NCBI GenBank assembly: GCA_964565725.1
Contig: CAZMGA010000020.1
Location: 1 to 9,384 of the forward strand
Length of the DNA stretch: 9,384 nucleotides
Direction of reading: 5' to 3'
Source of the DNA: an uncultured archaeon
GTDB taxonomy: Archaea > Iainarchaeota > Iainarchaeia > Iainarchaeales > 0-14-0-20-30-16
A model generated the notes under the pieces. The model made no database searches and was not told the origin of the DNA. It saw only the letters and a list, made by a program, of their open reading frames with translations. A program made the position numbers and the translations under genes. Shown piece after piece: positions 1-6,384 of this stretch; position 1 is the first letter of the stretch; the number at the start of each line of letters is the position of its first letter.

Positions 1-3000
1 CCACAATCATTAAAAGTTAATAAATCATCAGGATTTGGACTTGTTGATTTTAAATAAGTTATTGCACTTTCATCCACCTCATAATCTGAATCACACGAAA
101 CTTCAAAATTTAGACTTTCAGCCCATTTTTCTGATTTTAATCCTACTGATGCATCAACACTTTCCTTTATTATTTTGTATTGATAATTATTTTGCCCAGT
201 TGCAACAAATAAAGATGCATAATTATCATCTTCATTTAAAGTAATTGAATTATTATAATCAATTAATTTAAGTGGAATTGCTTTATCTTTAATTATAACA
301 TATTTTGCCTCTTGATAATCATCAATAGACGGAATTACTCCTATAGCCATAAAAAAAGCAGCTACCGCTAATCCCGCACCAGCTACCCATCCCAATCCAG
401 GAATTTCTAATAAACCCATTATTAAAACTACTATTAACGCAGTTATTGCTACCGTTGAACCCGTCACAACAGAAGTAATAACCCCTGCATTAGTCATATC
501 CTGAACATTATTTCCAAATAATAATTCCTCACCATCACCAATTTTTATTCCATACCCACTTTTATCATCTTGTTTTTTACTTTCAGCTAACAAATTTGCA
601 AATGTATTTTCATTAGTTATACTTAATGCACCAGGTACATCCATATTATAAACTCTTAAAACATCTGAAACATAAATATCTTTATTTGAATTAGTTTCAT
701 CAAATATTGATGCCCCTTTAATTATAGTATCTTGCAACCTTTTATTTAATTCTTTAGAGTTTTCTAAATTAACATTTAAAAATGGATTATCAGAAAACAT
801 AAAATTGTTTGGCAAAGATGTTTGAACATTAGTTAAAATATTTTTTACTCTTTTATATGAATCCTCATCTTTTGTTTTACCATAAAGTTCTAAAGCATAA
901 GCACCAGAGACATTAGGTCTATTTATTTTAATTGTTTTATTACCTTCTAAACTTAAAATTTCTTTTGAATATAAATTCTCTCCTACCCCTTCAAATGTAA
1001 ATCCCACATAACCCTTATAATTTGTAGATCCTGAATTTAAATTATCGTAATATAAACCACAAGCTTCAGGTACTTTACCTTCATTATCTCTACAAATAGT
1101 AATATCTAAAGGCATATTACAGGTATTTTCTATTTGAATTTCAAATTGATTATCTGTATATAATGGATTAATATTTGTAGAATCAATTTCTCCTTTTACA
1201 GGTTCTAAAATTAAGGAATCAATTTCTTCACCATCTTTATTTTTTATTTTAATACAATCTTTAATATCCATTACTGAAACAGAAAAATCCAAAACATTAG
1301 ATTCAACTTTTTTAATTCCCGATGATGTTTTTATTGCACCTAATAAACTTAAAGATAAGTTTGTATTTCCATATACTCCTTTTGGAGTAAATTCTATAAA
1401 TCCATAATAAACATTATTTGTATTACCTTCCCAATTATTTACAAAAACTTTAGGGACAGAATAAATTAATTCTGTATTTCCAACAGAATTTAAAACAAAA
1501 GAATAATTGCCTAAACCTAAAGTACCTTTGTTATGTTTTAAAGTTGCATAAGCACTATTAAAATTAACTGGTGAAAAACTATTACCAATTTCATTTGAAC
1601 TTTCAATGCCACAAGTATTGTAAACTATTATAGGTATTGACATAGCTTTAGATCCATCACTAACAAAATTAGTATTATCAGAATTAAATCCTATAACTAA
1701 ACAATTATCTGCATTTGTAGGATAACCATCAACAATTAAATTTATTTCAAAAGGAACAATTCGAGTAAAAGATTTACCCTCAGTACTAAAATGCAAAGTT
1801 AAATAACCATTAATATTTTTCTTATTTGTAAGATCTTTAGCATAAACTTCATTTAAAGATGCTTTAAATAAATTATTTAATTCAGTTCTTGCTTCTCCTT
1901 CCAAAGTTGTAGAACCATCATAAACTAATTGCCTACCTTTTATTATTTTATTAGGATATGCATTTTTAATATAATTTTGCATCTCACTTATATCTAAATA
2001 TCCAGAATTATTATAAGAATAATTATCTATAACCAAATCAGAGTATTCATAAACAATATCCGAAGCAGTATTATTTATTAAAGTCAAACTATCAAACCCT
2101 TCTTTTGTAGATGGATAAGATAAATTTACTGTTAATATTTCAGGATCAAAATCAAACATTTTTACAGAAACTTCTAAATCATGTTTTTTATTGTAATAAG
2201 AATTATATCCTTCTTTGGAAACCAATATTTGAATATAGGTACCAGCAACTAAATCTTCTGCTTTTAATTCACAGTTAACAACACCTAAATAATCAGTAGG
2301 CATATCTTTACAGTATTTAACTACAGAATAATTTTTTGAAGTTGGTTTTTTAATTTTAAATGTAACTAAAGCATCCTTTAAAGTATTATTTTCAGAAGTT
2401 ACACTCACTTTAACATTTTGAGTAATTTCTGGCGCTAAAATTCTATCAGGAAATAATTTTACATTCATATCTTTTGATTCATTAACATTAAATAATAAAG
2501 ACAAAGCAGGTTTTCCTTTAACAATTATTTTTTTATCATCATCAACAATTAAAAAATTCAAATATGATTCTTCATTTATTATAGATGTTAAAACCATTTT
2601 TCCAGAAATATATTTATTAGAATAAAAATTATCAAATAAGTATTTTTCTAAAATAACACCAAAATAATTTTCTTTATAATTTTCTTTTTCTGTATTTGGT
2701 CCAAAAATATTTAAATCAGAAATTCTCAAAAAACTTCTTTCAGAAACATTTTCTTTTACTACAGCAAAACTTTCACCTTCTGTCAGCGCATTATAAATTT
2801 GTAAATAACCATTTTTTATTTTACCATCAGAATCATTTATACCATTTAAAATATCAAAATTTAATTCATAAACATGTCCTGAGTTTAATAAATAAGATTT
2901 ATCTTCATAAGTTTCAACATATAAATCGTCAGTTCTATCTAATAAAGTGTATCTTCCACAAAATTGGTCTGAATCACAAACTGAATTTGTGCCTATAGCA

Positions 3001-5207
3001 TAACTTTTAGATTCTTTATATTCACTAATATTATCAACAAACAATTCCCAATTAAAATTTAAAGTATCATATAATTTAACACTAGAATCATCTTTTACCT
3101 TTATTTTATAAAATACTCTATAAATACCCCTATCATCAACATCAAAAAAAGATTTTGCAACTTTTGCTTCACCAGTAGTTAATATTTCTTCTTCTAAATC
3201 TTCATATAACAAATCAGATTCTGCAGAAGTATAAGAATTAATAATAAAAAATTTTTCTTGATCTACTAATTCATTATCCCCTAAATTCAAATAAAATTCA
3301 AAATCATCATCAATATCATTAATTAAAATATCAAAACCTAAGTAATATTCTTTACCAATTGTTAAAGACTCTTTTGAACTAGAACTTATTTTTGAAAACG
3401 CACCTAAAAATTCTACACTTGAAGAATCTTTATTAGTTAATGGTTTCATTTTAATATCTTCTTCCCAATTTTCATTAGTAAATAAAAGTCTCGCTTCACT
3501 CACATATTTATAATAATCATCGTCATCATCTTCTACAACATAATAAATTTGATGACCTGATTTAAAAGAAGAATAAACATTACCTGAAATATTAGTTATT
3601 TTAGTACCTAAATTTTTTCCAGCTTTATTATAAAAACTTACTTTTGCACCAACTAAAGGATCATTATCTTCATCAAAAATATTTAAATTAATTAAAGAAT
3701 AACCAAAAGACATAGTTATATTCAAATCAATTTCAGGAATTTCACCAGCATTTGTTTGAGAGATTATAAAACTTTGACTAAAAGTTTCTGAAAATCCATT
3801 ATATAATCTTAATTTATAAACTCCTTCAGGAACTATAAAACTTGTTGCTCCATCTTCATCTGTATTATCAATATCGTATGAAATTAAATCAAATTGTGTT
3901 AAGTCATCAATCAAAAATACTTTTACATCTTCAACAGGATATAAATCTTCATCTAATACTTTTACATTTACTTTTGCTCTACTATATTCAGACATTTTTT
4001 TAACAAGAATTGTAAAATTAGTAGATGTACTTTTAATATCTAATTGATAATTAGATATAGGTGCTAAATCCTCATTATTTGGATTAAAATCTAAATAATA
4101 AATACCATAATCATAAACTGGCAAATCAATTTTATTATTGTTTACTGTCCCTTTATAGATTACTAAACCAGAAGAATTTTTTAAAGACAAATCACCTGAC
4201 AAATTATAAGAGCTAGAAAAATTTACATTTACATATCCTTTTGTTGGTTGACTTAATTGAATTTTAATTTCTGTTAATTCATTTTCCAAAATTTCAATAT
4301 TTACATAACTTGAAGCATTATCTTTAATAGCATAAACAGTATAACTACCAATTGGCAAATCAGAAATATTTGAAATACCTAAATTATTTGTGTTTGTAAT
4401 ATCTATTTCAGAACGTAAATCTTTAGAATCATAAACTTTTATTTTTACATTACTAATAGAAACACCTAATTCATTGACTACAATTACTTTTAAAGCTCCA
4501 TTAGATATATTTCCTTTTAAGTTATAAGTTATAGGACTAAATTCTAAACTACATGCTAAATTTTCACAAATTTGACCTGAAGTTAATTTATAACCTTCTA
4601 AACTAGGGGTAAATATAATATTTCCACAATTAGAAGGAACTTCTAAATTAGCAACACTATTTGTTACAATTAAATTTTTTGAAAAATTAGTTTTATCACA
4701 ATTAATTAATAAATCAAAATTTTTACTTAAATTAGAACCATCTATGTTTTGCATATAAACTGTAACGGGCATTAAAATTGTTTTATTTACTAAATTTATA
4801 GTTAAACTTTTTGAAAAATCATAAATATCTTTTTCAGTAGTATAATCTTCTAAATCTATTTCAGAAATAGTTATTGTTTTTGATTTTGGTAATTTTATTA
4901 TTCCAAAACCTTCTTCTGCATATCCTTCATATAATTTGCCATCAACTAAAACACTAAAATTAAAATTATCTATTAATTGAATGCCATTATTTTGAAACGT
5001 AAAAGAAACATCAGTTTTAGGACTATAAAGTAAAAAAAACAAAACTAAAAAAATAATTAACAAAAATAAAACTAAAAAAAAGACCATTGAAGGCATTACT
5101 TTGTCAATTTTATCAGTTAATTTCTTTATTGGTATCTTTGTATCAATTTTATCTATTAAATCATAATATTTATCTTCAACTTTATAATAAAAATCCAAAA
5201 AACCCAT
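1..5207 (-). CDS. Giant membrane-anchored surface/adhesin-like protein. The N-terminal 1,735 aa are visible and the 3' end lies beyond the left window edge.
   Basis: I reverse-complemented and translated this region by hand. ATG at 5207..5205 gives MGFLDFYYKVEDKYYDLIDKIDTKIPIKKLTDKIDKVMPSMVFFLVLFLLIIFLVLFFLLYSPKTDVSF... and the frame runs with no TAA/TAG/TGA down to position 3 (...KSTSPNPDDLLTFNDC), leaving 2 nt. An in-frame TAA lies upstream at 5306..5304. The track lists no minus-strand ORFs here, which fits one frame that never terminates inside the window. Codons are strongly A/T-ending, as in the neighbouring genes. The composition (N, S, T, Y, D, K rich), about 27 N-x-S/T sequons by hand count, and 16 Cys confined to the predicted ectodomain fit an extracellular protein. 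Confidence 0.9.
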   Translation of the reverse strand, partial: MGFLDFYYKVEDKYYDLIDKIDTKIPIKKLTDKIDKVMPSMVFFLVLFLLIIFLVLFFLLYSPKTDVSFTFQNNGIQLIDNFNFSVLVDGKLYEGYAEEGFGIIKLPKSKTITISEIDLEDYTTEKDIYDFSKSLTINLVNKTILMPVTVYMQNIDGSNLSKNFDLLINCDKTNFSKNLIVTNSVANLEVPSNCGNIIFTPSLEGYKLTSGQICENLACSLEFSPITYNLKGNISNGALKVIVVNELGVSISNVKIKVYDSKDLRSEIDITNTNNLGISNISDLPIGSYTVYAIKDNASSYVNIEILENELTEIKIQLSQPTKGYVNVNFSSSYNLSGDLSLKNSSGLVIYKGTVNNNKIDLPVYDYGIYYLDFNPNNEDLAPISNYQLDIKSTSTNFTILVKKMSEYSRAKVNVKVLDEDLYPVEDVKVFLIDDLTQFDLISYDIDNTDEDGATSFIVPEGVYKLRLYNGFSETFSQSFIISQTNAGEIPEIDLNITMSFGYSLINLNIFDEDNDPLVGAKVSFYNKAGKNLGTKITNISGNVYSSFKSGHQIYYVVEDDDDDYYKYVSEARLLFTNENWEEDIKMKPLTNKDSSSVEFLGAFSKISSSSKESLTIGKEYYLGFDILINDIDDDFEFYLNLGDNELVDQEKFFIINSYTSAESDLLYEDLEEEILTTGEAKVAKSFFDVDDRGIYRVFYKIKVKDDSSVKLYDTLNFNWELFVDNISEYKESKSYAIGTNSVCDSDQFCGRYTLLDRTDDLYVETYEDKSYLLNSGHVYELNFDILNGINDSDGKIKNGYLQIYNALTEGESFAVVKENVSERSFLRISDLNIFGPNTEKENYKENYFGVILEKYLFDNFYSNKYISGKMVLTSIINEESYLNFLIVDDDKKIIVKGKPALSLLFNVNESKDMNVKLFPDRILAPEITQNVKVSVTSENNTLKDALVTFKIKKPTSKNYSVVKYCKDMPTDYLGVVNCELKAEDLVAGTYIQILVSKEGYNSYYNKKHDLEVSVKMFDFDPEILTVNLSYPSTKEGFDSLTLINNTASDIVYEYSDLVIDNYSYNNSGYLDISEMQNYIKNAYPNKIIKGRQLVYDGSTTLEGEARTELNNLFKASLNEVYAKDLTNKKNINGYLTLHFSTEGKSFTRIVPFEINLIVDGYPTNADNCLVIGFNSDNTNFVSDGSKAMSIPIIVYNTCGIESSNEIGNSFSPVNFNSAYATLKHNKGTLGLGNYSFVLNSVGNTELIYSVPKVFVNNWEGNTNNVYYGFIEFTPKGVYGNTNLSLSLLGAIKTSSGIKKVESNVLDFSVSVMDIKDCIKIKNKDGEEIDSLILEPVKGEIDSTNINPLYTDNQFEIQIENTCNMPLDITICRDNEGKVPEACGLYYDNLNSGSTNYKGYVGFTFEGVGENLYSKEILSLEGNKTIKINRPNVSGAYALELYGKTKDEDSYKRVKNILTNVQTSLPNNFMFSDNPFLNVNLENSKELNKRLQDTIIKGASIFDETNSNKDIYVSDVLRVYNMDVPGALSITNENTFANLLAESKKQDDKSGYGIKIGDGEELLFGNNVQDMTNAGVITSVVTGSTVAITALIVVLIMGLLEIPGLGWVAGAGLAVAAFFMAIGVIPSIDDYQEAKYVIIKDKAIPLKLIDYNNSITLNEDDNYASLFVATGQNNYQYKIIKESVDASVGLKSEKWAESLNFEVSCDSDYEVDESAITYLKSTSPNPDDLLTFNDC
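330..482 (-). other. Internal Gly/Ala/Ser/Thr-rich transmembrane helical hairpin of the giant protein (aa 1576-1626)
   Basis: The sequence is VITSVVTGSTVAITALIVVLIMGLL-EIPGLG-WVAGAGLAVAAFFMAIGVIP, two ~22-25-aa hydrophobic segments joined by a 6-aa Pro/Gly turn. The Gly and Ala codons (GGN/GCN) account for the only conspicuous local G+C rise in the window. The ORF then continues in frame with hydrophilic sequence (SIDDYQEAKYVIIKDK...). Confidence 0.75.
798..2159 (-). other. Three successive ~150-165-aa ectodomain modules of unknown fold, each containing a h-x-h-x-N-(N)-T-[A/C] strand (aa ~1017-1470)
   Basis: The marker strands are LTLINNTASDIVY (aa 1041-1053), IPIIVYNTCGIES (aa 1192-1204) and FEIQIENTCNMPLDITIC (aa 1355-1372), spaced about 152 and 164 aa apart. 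Cys residues are paired or clustered at C1169/C1199 and C1363/C1372/C1383. The pattern resembles CARDB/NEW3-like all-beta domains, but I cannot confirm that without profile searches. Confidence 0.35.
2160..2432 (-). other. Additional isolated carboxypeptidase-regulatory-like module (aa 926-1016)
   Basis: The sequence is PEITQNVKVSVTSENNTLKDALVTFKIKK...CKDMPTDYLGVVNCELKAEDLVAGTYIQILVSKEGYNSYYNKKHDLEVSV. It shows the same strand/turn pattern, and the G-x-Y-x-h-x-h-x-x-x-G-Y ending is typical of that fold family. It also carries a Cys pair (C966/C979). Confidence 0.5.
3438..5012 (-). other. Array of six tandem ~87-aa beta-sandwich modules (prealbumin-like / carboxypeptidase-regulatory-like pattern), aa 66-590
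   Basis: A pattern of alternating hydrophobic strands recurs, followed by D/N-x-x-G and h-P-x-G-x-Y-x-h. Examples are ALKVIVVNELGVSISNVKIKVYD...NNLGISNISDLPIGSYTVYAIKDN (aa 238-297), AKVNVKVLDEDLYPVEDVKVFLID...NTDEDGATSFIVPEGVYKLRLYNGF (aa 411-472) and LINLNIFDEDNDPLVGAKVSFYNKAGKNLGTKITNISGNVYSSF (aa 505-548). The modules have diverged too far to give a DNA-level repeat. The fold assignment rests on motif recognition, not on a search. Confidence 0.6.
5025..5087 (-). other. N-terminal transmembrane signal-anchor of the giant protein (aa 41-61)
   Basis: The segment MVFFLVLFLLIIFLVLFFLLY is 21 uninterrupted hydrophobic residues. It follows a charged 40-aa tail ending KKLTDKIDKV and precedes SPKTD. 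I saw no obvious signal-peptidase or class III pilin-type cleavage motif. Confidence 0.8.
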
Positions 5208-5309
5208 AATAAATCTATTATAATATATAATTAAAGTATTTAAATATATGTTAGGAAGACTTTTTAAACAAAACAATGTGTTTTTATAAACTTTGAACTT
5301 TTTTTATTA
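5208..5309. promoter_or_regulatory. Divergent intergenic promoter region between the giant gene (-) and the beta-CASP gene (+), with archaeal TATA-like boxes
   Basis: A perfectly palindromic TATTTAAATA at 5237..5246 is centred ~34 nt upstream of the minus-strand ATG at 5207, which predicts a transcription start ~8 nt before that ATG. TTTTTATAAA at 5281..5290 is centred ~24-26 nt upstream of the plus-strand ATG at 5310, which predicts a leaderless mRNA. Neither start has a Shine-Dalgarno-like purine tract. In DNA this AT-rich, TATA-like words also arise by chance. Confidence 0.45.
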
Positions 5310-6305
5310 ATGTTAAAAATTAATTATAATAAATCCATTAATTTATGTTTAAACGAGTTAAATTTATCTTTAGATCCTATATCTAAAAGTGCCATTTCAG
5401 ACATAAATTTTGTGTCTCACGCCCATAAAGACCATATAAGTAAAAACACAAAAGAAAATTCCATATATTTTGGTACAAAACCTACTTTAGATATTGCAGA
5501 AATTTTGTTTAATGATCAAAAACAATCAAAAATATTGGAATTTAATAAAAATTACAAAATAGATAATTTAAGTTATAAAATAATTAATTCAGGCCACATT
5601 TTGGGAAGTTATTCATTAGTTTTAGAGTATAATGGTTCAAAAATTACAATAACTAGTGATATAAATACTTATAATACAACAACTACAAAAGCCACAATAC
5701 CCGAAGATACAGACATTTTAATTATTGAAAGTACTTATGGCTCAGAAAAAGACATTTTTCCAAAAAGAGATGAAGAATATTCTAAATTATTAAGATGGAT
5801 TTTATTAAATAGTTTAAATAATAAGTTGCCAATTATAAGTGCATATACATTAGGGAAAACACAAGAAATATTAAAACTAATTTGTGATAATACTAATTTA
5901 AAAACAGGCTTAACTAATGAAGCTTATGACATTTGTAATATTTACGAAAAAAATAATATTAAATTAAAAAACTATGAAAAAATTAATGGAAATGTGAATG
6001 AATTAGATTTAATGATTTTACCTCCATCTAAAATAAATAAAAGCTACATTCACGCTTTATCTACTATTTGTAAAAAAGACATAACTTTCGCGTCAACAAC
6101 AGGTTTAGGCTTAAACTTTGGTCAACAATTTAAAATTTCAGACCATAGTGATTTTAATGGATTAATTAATTATATAAAGGAAAGTAATGCAAAAACAATC
6201 TATACTTATCATGGAAAAGATGTAGAATTATCTCTTGCTTTAAATAAAAAATTGAATAAATTTTCAAAACCTTTAAGAGAAATTAAAAAAATAGAAATAA
6301 TTTAA
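5310..6305 (+). CDS. Short-form beta-CASP family metallo-beta-lactamase-fold nuclease (aCPSF2-like / ligase-associated-exonuclease-like), 331 aa
   Basis: The full motif set is present. Motif 1 is LSLDP (D22). Motif 2 is HAHKDH (aa 37-42, nt 5418..5435). Motif 3 is NSGHILGS (H96). Motif 4 is ITSDIN, followed by LIIESTYG. The beta-CASP segment PIISAYTLGKTQEIL matches the canonical P-x-F-A-x-G-R-x-Q-E pattern. Motif B is ISDHSD and motif C is TYHGK. There are no KH domains or C-terminal extension. The stop codon is TAA. Confidence 0.88.
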   Translation: MLKINYNKSINLCLNELNLSLDPISKSAISDINFVSHAHKDHISKNTKENSIYFGTKPTLDIAEILFNDQKQSKILEFNKNYKIDNLSYKIINSGHILGSYSLVLEYNGSKITITSDINTYNTTTTKATIPEDTDILIIESTYGSEKDIFPKRDEEYSKLLRWILLNSLNNKLPIISAYTLGKTQEILKLICDNTNLKTGLTNEAYDICNIYEKNNIKLKNYEKINGNVNELDLMILPPSKINKSYIHALSTICKKDITFASTTGLGLNFGQQFKISDHSDFNGLINYIKESNAKTIYTYHGKDVELSLALNKKLNKFSKPLREIKKIEII

Positions 6306-6384
6306 TTATACATATAAGTTTTATATAAACTCTGTAATTATATATATAATATTTAAACTTAAAGATTAATGATTGTGATTTTTT
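6306..6384 (+). promoter_or_regulatory. Intergenic region upstream of the GTPase gene with TATA-like boxes and a possible weak ribosome-binding site
   Basis: TTTTATATAAA lies at 6319..6329 and ATTATATATATAATATTTAAA at 6337..6357. GTGAT at 6375..6379 sits 5 nt before ATG 6385 and partly matches the archaeal GGTGAT Shine-Dalgarno sequence. I cannot tell whether this gene has its own promoter or is co-transcribed with the beta-CASP gene. Confidence 0.3.

Noticed and set aside
35-244. Plus-strand 69-aa ORF from the track (MDLLILNKLLHFHPPHNLNHTKLQ...)
   Set aside because: It lies entirely antisense to the giant minus-strand ORF. Its translation is low-complexity (H/L/N/Q/F-rich), typical of shadow frames opposite AT-rich coding sequence. 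It has no promoter or RBS context and no recognisable motif.
330-482. A local G+C-rich island (gcagctaccgctaatcccgcaccagctacccatcccaatccagg...) that could suggest a small RNA gene or a foreign insert
   Set aside because: It is in frame within the giant ORF and encodes the Gly/Ala-rich transmembrane hairpin, whose GGN/GCN codons raise G+C. I saw no tRNA-like cloverleaf or flanking discontinuity.
2696-2998. Plus-strand 100-aa ORF from the track (MVQKYLNQKFSKNFFQKHFLLLQQNFHLL...)
   Set aside because: It is also an antisense shadow ORF inside the giant gene. It has a low-complexity H/L/N/Q/K/F composition and no supporting signals.
1-5207. The idea that missing ORF calls over 5.2 kb indicate non-coding DNA, a pseudogene field or a reassigned stop codon (alternative genetic code)
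   Set aside because: The minus strand translates without interruption in the standard code. Trp is encoded by TGG. The terminated genes end in TAA, TAA and TAG. No in-frame TGA, TAA or TAG needs to be read through, so the gap is an artefact of requiring a stop inside the window.
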